Position numbers and translations under genes: made by a program. The notes below the pieces were generated by a model. That model made no database searches. It worked only from the letters and a program-made list of their open reading frames with translations, and had not been told where the DNA came from. Of a DNA stretch of 64,000 bases, positions 1 to 9,082 are shown piece after piece. Source of the DNA: Meiothermus sp. (GTDB taxonomy: Bacteria > Deinococcota > Deinococci > Deinococcales > Thermaceae); NCBI GenBank assembly GCA_033762915.1, contig JANRLD010000010.1:18801-82800 (forward strand). The letters are read 5' to 3'. The number at the start of each line of letters is the position of its first letter. The stretch's first letter is position 1.

Positions 1-20
1 GGCGGGGACGGGGGGGGTAG

Positions 21-1307
21 TCACAGCCAGTCCCTCATCTGTTGCGGGGTCAGGTTGGAGCCGCACAGTATCGTTGCCACCCGCTTTGAGGCAAAGAGCG
101 CGGGGTTTTCCTGGATGGCCGCCAGGCCTACGGCCCCCGAAGGCTCGAGCACCAAGCCGAGGTGGGTGTGGGCCAACTTCATGCACTCCAGCAGGGTCGC
201 GTCTTCGACCAGCAGCACCTCGTCCACGAGGCCATACATATCCTCAACCGCCTCGGGAATGGGGACGCGCACCCCGATGCCATCGGCGATGGTGTGGATG
301 TGGGGGTTCTCGACCATGGTGCGCGAACGCCAGGACTGCTCCATCGCGGGCGCGCCCTTGGCGGCGGCGGCAACGACCCGGACCTGCGGAGCCTGGGCCT
401 TGACCCAGCGGGCGATGCCCCCCAGCATGGCCCCGTTGCCCAGCGGCACCACTACCGCCTCGAGGGGTTTGGGGTATTGCAACAACTCCACCGCCATCGA
501 GCCCGTGCCCTCAGAAATGAGTGGCTCCTTGCCGTCCTCCACCATCCAGGCCCCGGTTTCGGCGCAAAAGCGCTTGGCCTCGAGCTTGGCGGCGTCAAAG
601 TCTTCACCATATAGCCGCACCTCAGCCCCCAGCGCTTGCATGCGTTCAATCTTGAGGGGGTTGGCATTGACCGAGGCATAGACCACCAGCGGCAGCCCGT
701 GCTTGCGGCAGGCGTAGGCCATGGCCTGCCCGAAGTTGCCCGCACTGGCGCAGACCAGCGCGGGCAATCCCCCACCGCTTCGCGGAGCTCCGTTGTTAAG
801 GGGGGTGGCCCGCAGGGCCGGGGGGATGGCCTCGCCCGCGACCACCTTCTGAATGAAGTAATCGGCCCCCCGCCCCTTGAAGCTGCGGATGGGGTTGAGG
901 GTCTCGACCTTAACTACCAACTCGCAGCCCAACCCGGCACTAAGGCTTTCGGGGCTGAACTGCGGCGAGTTGAGGAACACCAGGTCTATGCGCTGAGCAG
1001 CCTCGAGGATGTGTTCCAGCCTCAGGCGGTGCTCGACCACCGCCTCACCCAGCCTGGTGCGGACGTAGCTCGAGCCGTCGCGCTGCCGCTCGAAAAACCC
1101 CCGCTCGAACAGTTCGCGGCGCAGCAAGGCCCAGTCGTCGAAGGTGTGCCATGCCTTGAGGATGTGGTTGACCTCGAGTTCGCTATAGGTTTTGTCGCGC
1201 ACGAACCTCGAGGCCAGGTACTCGATTACCGCCGTCTTTTCTGTGGGCTTGCTGGGCCAGCGCAAGACCTGGCCCTCGGCGTTGAGGTGGTTGCGAATCC
1301 CGTTCAT
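21..1307 (-). CDS. DUF2087-like domain fused to PLP-dependent threonine/serine dehydratase family enzyme
   Basis: N-terminal WPSK...YSELEVN...DWALLRRELFERG resembles DUF2087; SFKGRGA PLP lysine motif, SAGNFG, GNGAM; ATG overlaps the upstream stop (ATGA). Confidence 0.8.
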   Translation of the reverse strand: MNGIRNHLNAEGQVLRWPSKPTEKTAVIEYLASRFVRDKTYSELEVNHILKAWHTFDDWALLRRELFERGFFERQRDGSSYVRTRLGEAVVEHRLRLEHILEAAQRIDLVFLNSPQFSPESLSAGLGCELVVKVETLNPIRSFKGRGADYFIQKVVAGEAIPPALRATPLNNGAPRSGGGLPALVCASAGNFGQAMAYACRKHGLPLVVYASVNANPLKIERMQALGAEVRLYGEDFDAAKLEAKRFCAETGAWMVEDGKEPLISEGTGSMAVELLQYPKPLEAVVVPLGNGAMLGGIARWVKAQAPQVRVVAAAAKGAPAMEQSWRSRTMVENPHIHTIADGIGVRVPIPEAVEDMYGLVDEVLLVEDATLLECMKLAHTHLGLVLEPSGAVGLAAIQENPALFASKRVATILCGSNLTPQQMRDWL

Positions 1308-2440
1308 GCGCAAAACTCCTTAGCGGTCTCCACGAGAACTTGGGTCAGTTTTTCCATGCTTTCCAGCTCCACGTACTCCACCGCCGCGTGCGCACCCGCC
1401 CCGTCGACGCCCAGCAAAAACGCCGGGATTCCCGCGGCCTTCAGGATGGCCGCGTCCGTCCAGAAGGGCTCGCCGCGGTAGCTGGGGGTCTTGCCCGCGA
1501 TGGCCTCGACCTGGCGCTTGGCGATCTGGATGATCGGTTCGTTGGTGGACATTTCCATCGGGCTGCGACTGAAGCCTCGAGTGAGGGTGTACTTGAAATC
1601 CGAATCCTCGGCGGCAATCCGCTGGAGAATCTCGAGCAATTCCCGCTCCACCGCTTCGGGCGTCTCGTGCGGCAACGTCCGCCGCTCTACCGAGAGCCTG
1701 CACTCGGCGGGGTAGCTGCTCAGCTCCTGCCCACCCGAGATCAGCGAGGCGTGGACGGAGCCGTGCTTGAGCAGCGGATGGCTTTCCACCGAGCGCAAAC
1801 CCTTGTCATACTGCTCGAGAGCCGCCAGAAACTTCCCCATCTTGGCAATCGCATCAATCCCCAGCTCGGGCCTCGAGCCGTGCGCGGCCCTGCCGTGCAC
1901 TACCACGTCGAGCCACACAAAACCCTTGTGCGCGACCGTTAGGTCCAGGTGTGTCGGCTCGGTGACGATGGCGGCGTCGGCGCTAAAGCGCCGGGCCACC
2001 TCCTCGGTGCCGATCGAGGCGTACTCCTCGTCGGCCACGCAGGCCACCAGGATGTCGCCGCGCAGCCTGAGCGACTTGGCCCGCTTGGCCGCGACCAGCA
2101 TCGCTGCGAGACCGCTCTTCATGTCGAAGCTGCCGCGCCCGTACATCCGCCCGTCTCGAATCACCGGCTCCAGCGGCTCGCCCTCGAAGGGCAGCAGCCC
2201 CACCGTGTCCAGGTGCCCGTTAAACATCAGTGAGCGCCCACCGCCCGCGCCCCGCGCAATCCCCACCACGCTGGGACGGCCCGGGGTGGCCTCGAGCCAG
2301 TGCACCTCAAAGCCGTTGACCTTTAGCCAGTCGGCGACAAACAGGGCAACCTGGCCCTCCCCCGCCGCACCCGGCTGAAGGTCCGGGTTGACGGAGTTGA
2401 TCTTGAGCAGTTCGGCGAGGAGTTGCACGGCCTCTGTCAT
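1304..2440 (-). CDS. M20 ArgE/DapE family deacylase
   Basis: NGHLDTV, GRGSFDMKSG, DEEY, EPT and GAH metal-binding motifs; start set at MTEAVQ. Confidence 0.9.
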   Translation of the reverse strand: MTEAVQLLAELLKINSVNPDLQPGAAGEGQVALFVADWLKVNGFEVHWLEATPGRPSVVGIARGAGGGRSLMFNGHLDTVGLLPFEGEPLEPVIRDGRMYGRGSFDMKSGLAAMLVAAKRAKSLRLRGDILVACVADEEYASIGTEEVARRFSADAAIVTEPTHLDLTVAHKGFVWLDVVVHGRAAHGSRPELGIDAIAKMGKFLAALEQYDKGLRSVESHPLLKHGSVHASLISGGQELSSYPAECRLSVERRTLPHETPEAVERELLEILQRIAAEDSDFKYTLTRGFSRSPMEMSTNEPIIQIAKRQVEAIAGKTPSYRGEPFWTDAAILKAAGIPAFLLGVDGAGAHAAVEYVELESMEKLTQVLVETAKEFCA

Positions 2441-3627
2441 GTTAAAGTCCTCCGGTCGGCGATCAGGCCCAGGATCACGCCCGCCACCAAGCCCCAAAAC
2501 GCGCTGCCCACGCCTAGAAACGTCACCTCCGAGGCGGTCAGCAGCAGCGTGAACAGCGCGGCCTCGCGGTACCTCGCGTCGCCAAACGCCCCCACCAGGC
2601 AGTTCTGGATGGTGCCCGAGAGTGCCAGCCCAGCCATCGCCGCGATGAGGGCCTTGGGCAGTGCGGCAAAGAACGCCACCATAGTCGCGCCGAACAGGCC
2701 CAGCGCGGTTTTGACAAGGCCCGCGACCACCCCCGTCGCGTAGCGCTTGGCGGGGTCGGGGTGCGCCTCGGGCGAGTTGCCCAGGGCGGCGGTGATGGCG
2801 GCGAGGGTTAGACCGTGCGAGAGCATCGGGGCCATGGCGGCGCTGAGCAAACCTGTCGACATCAGCGAACCCCTGGCGGGTGGGGCGTAGCCGAAGCTTT
2901 GCATCACCGCGAAGCCGGGCGCGTTTTGCGAGGCCAGGGCCAGCATCAGCAGCGGCAGCCCCAGCCCGATGATGGCTTGCAGGTTAAAGGTGGGCCACAC
3001 AAAGAGGGGCTGGGCCAACTCGAGCCGCAGCCCGCCGAAGTTCACCTGCCCCAGGGCCAGCGCCGCCCCCACACCCACCAGCAGCGCCAAGGCCATCGTA
3101 GCTTTCACGTTCATGGCCCGGAAAACCAGAAAGGCCGCCACCATCGCCAACACCACCACCGGCGAAGTGCTGAGGGCGGTAAACAGCCCCAAGCCAAACT
3201 TGAGCAGTACCCCGCCCAACACCGCCATCGCCACCGGCTGCGGAACCAGCCGCATGGCCCGTTCAAACAGCCCTGTCCAGCCCAGCAAGGCCACCATCAG
3301 CCCCGAAAACACGAAGGCCCCCACCGCGTCGGAGAGCCTGTAGTCGGCAAGGTGGGTGACCAGCAGGGCCAAACCCGGCGTAGACCAGGCGGTGATGACG
3401 GGCTGCTTGTACCACAGCGACAATCCCAGCGTGAGCAGGCCACTCCCCACGCAGATGGCCCAGACCCAGCTCGAGACCTCCGCGGGGCCGAGCTTGGCGT
3501 TCTGAGCCAGCGGGAACACCAGAACGAGAGAGCCGGTGAAGCCCACCACCACAATCAGCACACTGGCCGTCCAGACCGAGGCGGTGAGGGCGGAGGGCAG
3601 CTCGAGGAGCGCTTGTCGGAGTTTCAT
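2437..3627 (-). CDS. BenE family benzoate/H+ symporter-like transporter
   Basis: PVITAWSTPG, LALASQNAPG, LAAITAA, EAHPDP motifs; many TM segments. Confidence 0.9.
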   Translation of the reverse strand: MKLRQALLELPSALTASVWTASVLIVVVGFTGSLVLVFPLAQNAKLGPAEVSSWVWAICVGSGLLTLGLSLWYKQPVITAWSTPGLALLVTHLADYRLSDAVGAFVFSGLMVALLGWTGLFERAMRLVPQPVAMAVLGGVLLKFGLGLFTALSTSPVVVLAMVAAFLVFRAMNVKATMALALLVGVGAALALGQVNFGGLRLELAQPLFVWPTFNLQAIIGLGLPLLMLALASQNAPGFAVMQSFGYAPPARGSLMSTGLLSAAMAPMLSHGLTLAAITAALGNSPEAHPDPAKRYATGVVAGLVKTALGLFGATMVAFFAALPKALIAAMAGLALSGTIQNCLVGAFGDARYREAALFTLLLTASEVTFLGVGSAFWGLVAGVILGLIADRRTLT

Positions 3628-3748
3628 AGACCTCTCGGAGTTGACGGATACCGATATGGGCGTGCCACTCGGCAGCCGCCTTTCGCGTCCCGCGCACAGG
3701 GCACGGTGCGAAGGCCGCCAGGTGCCTGCCACCCTAGACGCGTCGCGG

Positions 3749-4390
3749 TCATTCCAGGCTCCAGTTCTCGGCCAGCAGCGCCTTGGCTACCTCGAGGTCG
3801 CCCTTCTTCAGTGCCCTGATCAGCCGACCATGGTCGCGCACCGATCGACCGCCCAGCGAGGCCGAGCCGAAGTAGAGCCGCTCAAGCAGGGTGTACTTCC
3901 GCTTCAGCCCGGCCAGCATCGCAACGAGTTCGGGGTTCTGGCTGCGCCCGATAATGACGCCGTGCAGGCGCACATCAGCGCGCGTGGCGGCATCGGGGTC
4001 GCGGCGCTCGAGCGCGGCCTGCAGTTCCTGGTTGGCGGCATGCATCTCGGCAAAGTCTGCCTTGGTCAGGTGCGGCAGGGCCAGCTCCAGCGCCAGCAGC
4101 TCCAGCGCCCGCACGATCGGATAAATCTGCCGGGCTTGCTCGAGGTCGACCAGCTTGACCCGCGTCCAGCGGTTCTTGGCCGTCTCGACCAGGCCCTCGT
4201 CCTCCAGCCTGCGCAGCGCCTCGCGTACGGGGGTTCGACTCACCCCCAGCCGCTCGGCCAGCTCCTGGTCGCGCAAGACCTCCTCAGGCTCGAGCACGCC
4301 TGCGATGATCCAGTCGCGCAGCTGCTCATACACCGCCTCGCGCAGGATGGGGCGCTCGAGGGACTGGGCGGTTGTTGGTATGGGCATCAT
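3749..4390 (-). CDS. GntR family transcriptional regulator (FCD domain)
   Basis: LAERLGVSRTPVREALRRL HTH; FCD-type C-terminus. Confidence 0.92.
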   Translation of the reverse strand: MMPIPTTAQSLERPILREAVYEQLRDWIIAGVLEPEEVLRDQELAERLGVSRTPVREALRRLEDEGLVETAKNRWTRVKLVDLEQARQIYPIVRALELLALELALPHLTKADFAEMHAANQELQAALERRDPDAATRADVRLHGVIIGRSQNPELVAMLAGLKRKYTLLERLYFGSASLGGRSVRDHGRLIRALKKGDLEVAKALLAENWSLE

Positions 4391-4488
4391 CGGCCTCTGT
4401 TTGGCGTGACAAGGTGGCTGGGCTTAGGTGGGTCGTGGCGTCCTGTGCAGCCCGGCGGCACCGGGCAGCCAGCCGTTGCTTCCCCGGC

Positions 4489-5871
4489 TCATCGGTTGCC
4501 GCCGATCGCCCCGGCCCGCTCCGCCGCCCGCAGAATCGCACCCAAACTCCGCTCGACGTCCACCGAAGTCGTGCGCCAGCTCGAGCAGCTCAGCCGCATG
4601 AACGTCCGCCCCTTCCACACCGTACCGCCCGCCCACAGCGTGCCGTCCTCCTGCACCGCCTTGATGACGCGCCTGGTGGTCTCCTCGTCGCCGAAGCCGA
4701 CCATAACCTGGTTGATGAAGACCTCGTGCGGCACCTCGAGGCCCGCCATGCGGAACCCCACCGCGAACTGCCGCGCATTGGCGCAGCAGCGCTCAATCAG
4801 ATCGCGCACGCCCCCCCGCCCCAGCTGCTTGAGGGCGGCCCAGACCTCAATGCCTCGAGCGCGGCGGCTGGCTTCGGGGGTGTATTCCAGGGGCTCCCGC
4901 TCGGCGGTCGCCTGCATCTGCAGGTACGGGGCGTTGGAGAGCGCGAAGGCCGAGCGCAGGGCTCTGGCGTCCTTCACGAACACGATCCCGCAGTCGTAAG
5001 GGGTGTTGAGCCACTTGTGCCCGTCGGTGGCCCAGGAGTCCGCCTGCTCGAGGCCCCTCACCAGGTGGGCGTACTCCGGCGAGGCCGCCGCCCACATCCC
5101 GAAGGCCCCGTCCACGTGTATCCAGGCCCCGTTGGCCCTGGCGCAGACCGCTGCGATGTCGTCGAAGGCCCCACTGTTGACGTTGCCCGCCTGCAGACAG
5201 ACCAGGGTATGCCCGTCGAGTTCGGGCAGCAGCTCGACCCGCATTCGGCCCTGCGGGTCGGTGGGTACTTTGTGCACCCGATTGCGCCCGAAGCCCACCA
5301 TCTGCAAGGCCTTGAATACCGTGCTATGTGACTCCTCGCAGACCACCACCTTGACCTCGGGCGCACCGAAGAGCCCGTCCTCCTCAGCGCTCCAGCCCTG
5401 GCGGCGCAGCAGCGCGTGGCGGGCAGCGGCGAGGGCCGAGAAATTGGCCATCGAAGCGCCCGTGACGAACGCGCCCGTGCTCCCCTCGGGCAGGCCGAAC
5501 AGCTCGATCAGCCAGCGCAAGGCCAGCTCCTCGAGCCTCGCCGCCACCGGCGAACCCGCCCGGGCCCCGTTGTTCTGATCCCAGGCCGTGCCCAAGAGCT
5601 TCGCCCCCAGCGCCGCGGGCAGCGCCCCGCCGGTCACGAAGCCGAAATAGCGCCCGCCCATGCTGGCAACCGTGTTGGGGGAACCCAGGCGGTGGAGCTG
5701 CTCGAGCACGCTCCGGACATCGGTCGGGCTGTGGGGCATCGGCTCGTCGAACTCCTCGAGCAACCGCAACTCCTCCGCGCCCGGAAAGACCCGCTGCTCG
5801 TGGACGCTTTGCAGATACTCCCTGACGTAGCTCGAGGCCCTGGATATGGCATCCTCAAAGTCGGCCCTCAT
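4489..5871 (-). CDS. PLP-dependent group II (aromatic amino acid/glutamate-type) decarboxylase
   Basis: RYFGFV, HVDGAFG, ATDGHKWLNTPYDCG motifs; start at MRADFE. Confidence 0.88.
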   Translation of the reverse strand: MRADFEDAISRASSYVREYLQSVHEQRVFPGAEELRLLEEFDEPMPHSPTDVRSVLEQLHRLGSPNTVASMGGRYFGFVTGGALPAALGAKLLGTAWDQNNGARAGSPVAARLEELALRWLIELFGLPEGSTGAFVTGASMANFSALAAARHALLRRQGWSAEEDGLFGAPEVKVVVCEESHSTVFKALQMVGFGRNRVHKVPTDPQGRMRVELLPELDGHTLVCLQAGNVNSGAFDDIAAVCARANGAWIHVDGAFGMWAAASPEYAHLVRGLEQADSWATDGHKWLNTPYDCGIVFVKDARALRSAFALSNAPYLQMQATAEREPLEYTPEASRRARGIEVWAALKQLGRGGVRDLIERCCANARQFAVGFRMAGLEVPHEVFINQVMVGFGDEETTRRVIKAVQEDGTLWAGGTVWKGRTFMRLSCSSWRTTSVDVERSLGAILRAAERAGAIGGNR

Positions 5872-5877
5872 AGTGGG

Positions 5878-5893
5878 ATGTAATATATCACAT
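5878..5893. promoter_or_regulatory. Putative GntR operator (imperfect palindrome ATGTAATATATCACAT)
   Basis: AT-rich TGT-N10-ACA-type palindrome immediately upstream of the decarboxylase-GntR operon start. Confidence 0.55.
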
Positions 5894-6089
5894 ACGGGTT
5901 GCGTGGGATTGTGTGGCTGTGTTCGGGAAATGGTTACCTTCCGGGAATGCTTTTCCCGCCAACAGCCCATACCCCCAATCACCACAGCCGGTTCGCCCTG
6001 TTTCGGTAGCTTCCGCTTGTGCCCCTACTTTCCCTGGAGATGGTATTCATAGCACATACCGAACCTGTCCGACGGCTAAAGTCCAGACC

Positions 6090-6120
6090 GAAGCCCTCGA
6101 GCTGTGCACTCGAGGGCTTC
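6090..6120. terminator. Hairpin, likely terminator
   Basis: GAAGCCCTCGAG-N7-CTCGAGGGCTTC perfect 12-bp stem. Confidence 0.6.
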
Positions 6121-6221
6121 TATTCTGATCAGCCCTAGGGCATGGCGTTGATGGCTTGAATGATCAGGTTGGTCTGGGCGTTGGTGAAACCACCCAAGCT
6201 GCCCCGAATCCTATTGACCTT

Positions 6222-6312
6222 CGCGTTTCCCACCATTCCCTCTCTCGAGGCGGCAGGTAATGTACTCCCTACAGCGGTTTTTGCCGTAGGGAGTATGCGT
6301 GGGAACCGCTCT
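6222..6312. repeat. MITE-like repeat family A copy
   Basis: Ends GCGTTTCCCAC...GTGGGAACCGC; similar to 34698-34791 and 52533-52627. Confidence 0.75.
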
Positions 6313-6333
6313 CAGGGGTAAAACCTAACGGTG

Positions 6334-7410
6334 TTACGCACCCAAGAAAGCCCGCTCTACAAACCAGTACAAACCTGCCCCCACCGTGGCCACCGAAACC
6401 GCCCAACGTACACGGGCCTCCCAGGGAATGCGGCGAATCGCCCACAGCAGTAAGAACACCGGAATTACGAACACCAGCTGGCCCGCCTCCACGCCAAGGT
6501 TGAATCCCAGCACCGAGCCGAGCAGGTTGTCTTTAGGCAGTCCAATGTCGCCCAGAATCCCCGCAAAGCCCATCCCATGTAGCAGGCCGAAGAAGAACGT
6601 TACGACCCAGCGGGAGCGCTCGAGCTGCTTGGGATCCCGCCTAAACAGGTTCTCCGCCGCTACCCAAGCGATAGAGAGCGCGATACCGCTTTCGACCAAC
6701 TGCCCCGGCAGGTTTATCACGCCTGATGCAGTAAGAAAGAGCGTGATGGAGTGGGCCACGGTGAAGGCCGTAATCACTTTGAGCAGATAGCCCAAGCTGC
6801 CGCCCAACATCAGCAGGGCCAGCAGGAACAGCAGGTGATCCCAGCCCTCGAGGATATGCTGCATCCCCAACACAAAGAAACTCCACAGGTCGAAGCTGCG
6901 TCCGCTCGAGTCCTGCAGGTACTCGGTCTTCTCGGGGGTAAAGACCACGTTTTGCACCTTGCCGCCACGCAGCACGGTGGTGACGGCACTGGCAGTTGAA
7001 ACCCCCGGTACGAAGAGTTCATACCTTATTTTGAAAGCCCCAATGGGTTCTTGCCAGGCCGTTTTCAACACCACGGTGCTGTGGGTGTTGGGAGTGATGC
7101 GTGCGCCCTCCGCAACTCGAGTCGCGGCGGCCTCGGCCGTTAGTTCGCCCGCTTCGCCGCCCGAGATTAGGGCGATTTTTTCACCCAGCTTGGCCTGCAA
7201 CTCGGCTTGGTGATTGGCGACCTCCACCGCCGAGAGGTTGCCGTTTTTGTCGTCGTCGGCAAAGGCCATCAGACCCGTGGGGAAGGTCAGGGTCATTTGG
7301 GCTTCCCGCTCGCCCACGCTCACTTCCGCCACCGCCAGATCGGCCCAGTGGGCGTAGGCGGGCAGCGTTCCGAGGGTCCATACAACCAGGAGCCAGCGCA
7401 GCTTGTTCAT
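6334..7410 (-). CDS. HupE/UreJ family membrane protein with N-terminal exported domain
   Basis: GMQHILEGWDHLLFL, TAFTVAHSITL, FGLLHGMGFA, FNLGVEAGQ; signal peptide ending AYAH. Confidence 0.9.
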   Translation of the reverse strand: MNKLRWLLVVWTLGTLPAYAHWADLAVAEVSVGEREAQMTLTFPTGLMAFADDDKNGNLSAVEVANHQAELQAKLGEKIALISGGEAGELTAEAAATRVAEGARITPNTHSTVVLKTAWQEPIGAFKIRYELFVPGVSTASAVTTVLRGGKVQNVVFTPEKTEYLQDSSGRSFDLWSFFVLGMQHILEGWDHLLFLLALLMLGGSLGYLLKVITAFTVAHSITLFLTASGVINLPGQLVESGIALSIAWVAAENLFRRDPKQLERSRWVVTFFFGLLHGMGFAGILGDIGLPKDNLLGSVLGFNLGVEAGQLVFVIPVFLLLWAIRRIPWEARVRWAVSVATVGAGLYWFVERAFLGA

Positions 7411-7413
7411 GCT

Positions 7414-8787
7414 TTACTCCTCGAGGCCCAACCAGCGGCGGGTCTTCGCATCGAAGCCCCTATCCGCCCGCTGGGCTTGGGCAAAGTACATAGCAGCTTG
7501 TTGTTGATTGCCCAGTTTTTGTTCAATTTGCCCCGCCCGATACAGCAGCTCGGCTTCCCGAATCCCCGCCTTTAGCGCGGCCTGAATGCTGCCCTGCGCG
7601 GCTGACAGTTGCCCGACCTTCATCTGCGCCCAAGCCAGCGTTGACAGGGTGTCCCAGTCCTGGCGGGTACGGGCCTCGGTTTGGGCCTGCTCGAGGGCTT
7701 CCTTCACGTCCTGCGGGCGGCCCCGTTCCAGGAGCATCCGCGCCAACTCGCGCCGGTGTCCATAGGCCCCGTTCCCGATCTCCAGGCGCAAGATGGCCTC
7801 GGTTTTGTCCCAAGCTACGGCTTCATCGGGGCTGCCTTGGGCCCGCTTCAAACGGGCCAGGCCGCGCATGGCCGAGTGGTCGTACACGGTGCCCGAACCC
7901 GCGCTCGAGTCGCCCTCGCCGGAGTGCAGGCCCAGTATCCGCTGATACAGCCGCTCGGCCTGACGGTAGCGGCCCTGGCGGCCTTCCAGGTCGGCCAACA
8001 GCAGCGTGGCCTGTGGGTAGTTGGGGGCAATCCGCAAGGCCTCTTGCAACAGGCTCCGGGCCAGCCCCAGATTGCCTCGGCGCACGTAGTGCCGACCCAA
8101 CAGGGTGCGGACTCGAGCCGAGCCGAAGAAGTCATCCGGCTGTTCAAACCTTATCGCCGCCGCAAAATCTGCGACTGCGGCCTCGTCGTGACCCAGACTT
8201 TCGTTCACCAAAGCCCGCAGGGTCAGGTTGGTAAGGCTGGGCAACAGCTCGACCAGCGGAGTCACGTCTTGTAAAGCCAATTGAGGCTGACCCAAAGCCA
8301 GCCGCACACCGGCCCGAAGCGAGAAGGCGCCGCTGTTGCGCGGCTCGGCCTTTAAGACCTCCTCGATCAGCTTCAAGGCCCCGTCAAAATCGTGCCGGGC
8401 TTGTAGGGCCTCGGCCAAGGTCAGCTTGGCGCCGCTGTTGAAAAAAGGCAACACCCCCAGCGAACGCGCAGCGGCCTGCTCGGCCAGCAGGTACGAGGCT
8501 CCCTGCCCGGTCACCCTGGCCTTTTTCATGTACGTCGCGGCAAGGGCGGCCAAGTCCAGGCCGCTCTGGGGGTTGCGGCTGAGGCGCTCGAGGTAAAAGG
8601 CGATCTCCTGTTGGTACGCCGAGGTGCGGGTCTGCTGACGTACCGGCAGCACCTCGGGGTAGGTATAGCCATATTGTCCAGCCGGATAGAAGCGCTCGCG
8701 CAGAACCAGCCAAACCCCGAGCGCCAGCAACACGGTCAAGCCGGCAATCAGGGCCAGTTGGAGGGGTCGGGGCTGGGGTGTGGTCAT
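7414..8787 (-). CDS. Membrane-anchored tetratricopeptide repeat protein
   Basis: N-terminal TM helix followed by multiple TPR-like repeats. Confidence 0.85.
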   Translation of the reverse strand: MTTPQPRPLQLALIAGLTVLLALGVWLVLRERFYPAGQYGYTYPEVLPVRQQTRTSAYQQEIAFYLERLSRNPQSGLDLAALAATYMKKARVTGQGASYLLAEQAAARSLGVLPFFNSGAKLTLAEALQARHDFDGALKLIEEVLKAEPRNSGAFSLRAGVRLALGQPQLALQDVTPLVELLPSLTNLTLRALVNESLGHDEAAVADFAAAIRFEQPDDFFGSARVRTLLGRHYVRRGNLGLARSLLQEALRIAPNYPQATLLLADLEGRQGRYRQAERLYQRILGLHSGEGDSSAGSGTVYDHSAMRGLARLKRAQGSPDEAVAWDKTEAILRLEIGNGAYGHRRELARMLLERGRPQDVKEALEQAQTEARTRQDWDTLSTLAWAQMKVGQLSAAQGSIQAALKAGIREAELLYRAGQIEQKLGNQQQAAMYFAQAQRADRGFDAKTRRWLGLEE

Positions 8788-8945
8788 CGGAAAACCTCGA
8801 GAAGTTAGAGGATCGGGAGCAGTAAGGACCAACTGGGGGTCGTGGTTCGGGCAGAGGACCGCGCACGGCTTTTCGCGGTTAGCGGTCAGCTTTGACCGGC
8901 AGCCAACGGCGAAGAGCCAAGCAGTTGTTCGCGGTCCTCTGCCCT

Positions 8946-9069
8946 CTAAGTTGCGCCATAGTGAGATTGCAGGACTTCAGCACACCCTCATCAGCGAGCG
9001 GCTTGTGGGCGCAATTTCCCGATCTATCGGTGAGTGCGGATGCTGCAATTCCACTATGGAGATACCTAA
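8946..9069. repeat. MITE-like repeat family B copy
   Basis: Imperfect inverted ends CCATAGTGAGATTGCAG / CTGCAATTCCACTATGG; shares CTAAGTTGCGCC end and AATTGCGCC-N5-AGCCGCTC core with other copies. Confidence 0.7.
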
Positions 9070-9082
9070 ACTCCGACTACGC

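Noticed and set aside
3536..4999. Long antisense or overlapping ORFs (e.g. 3536-4999 +, 12528-14225 -, 35646-36965 -, 51721-52827 +)
   Set aside because: Shadow frames of real genes in high-GC DNA with no recognisable motifs.
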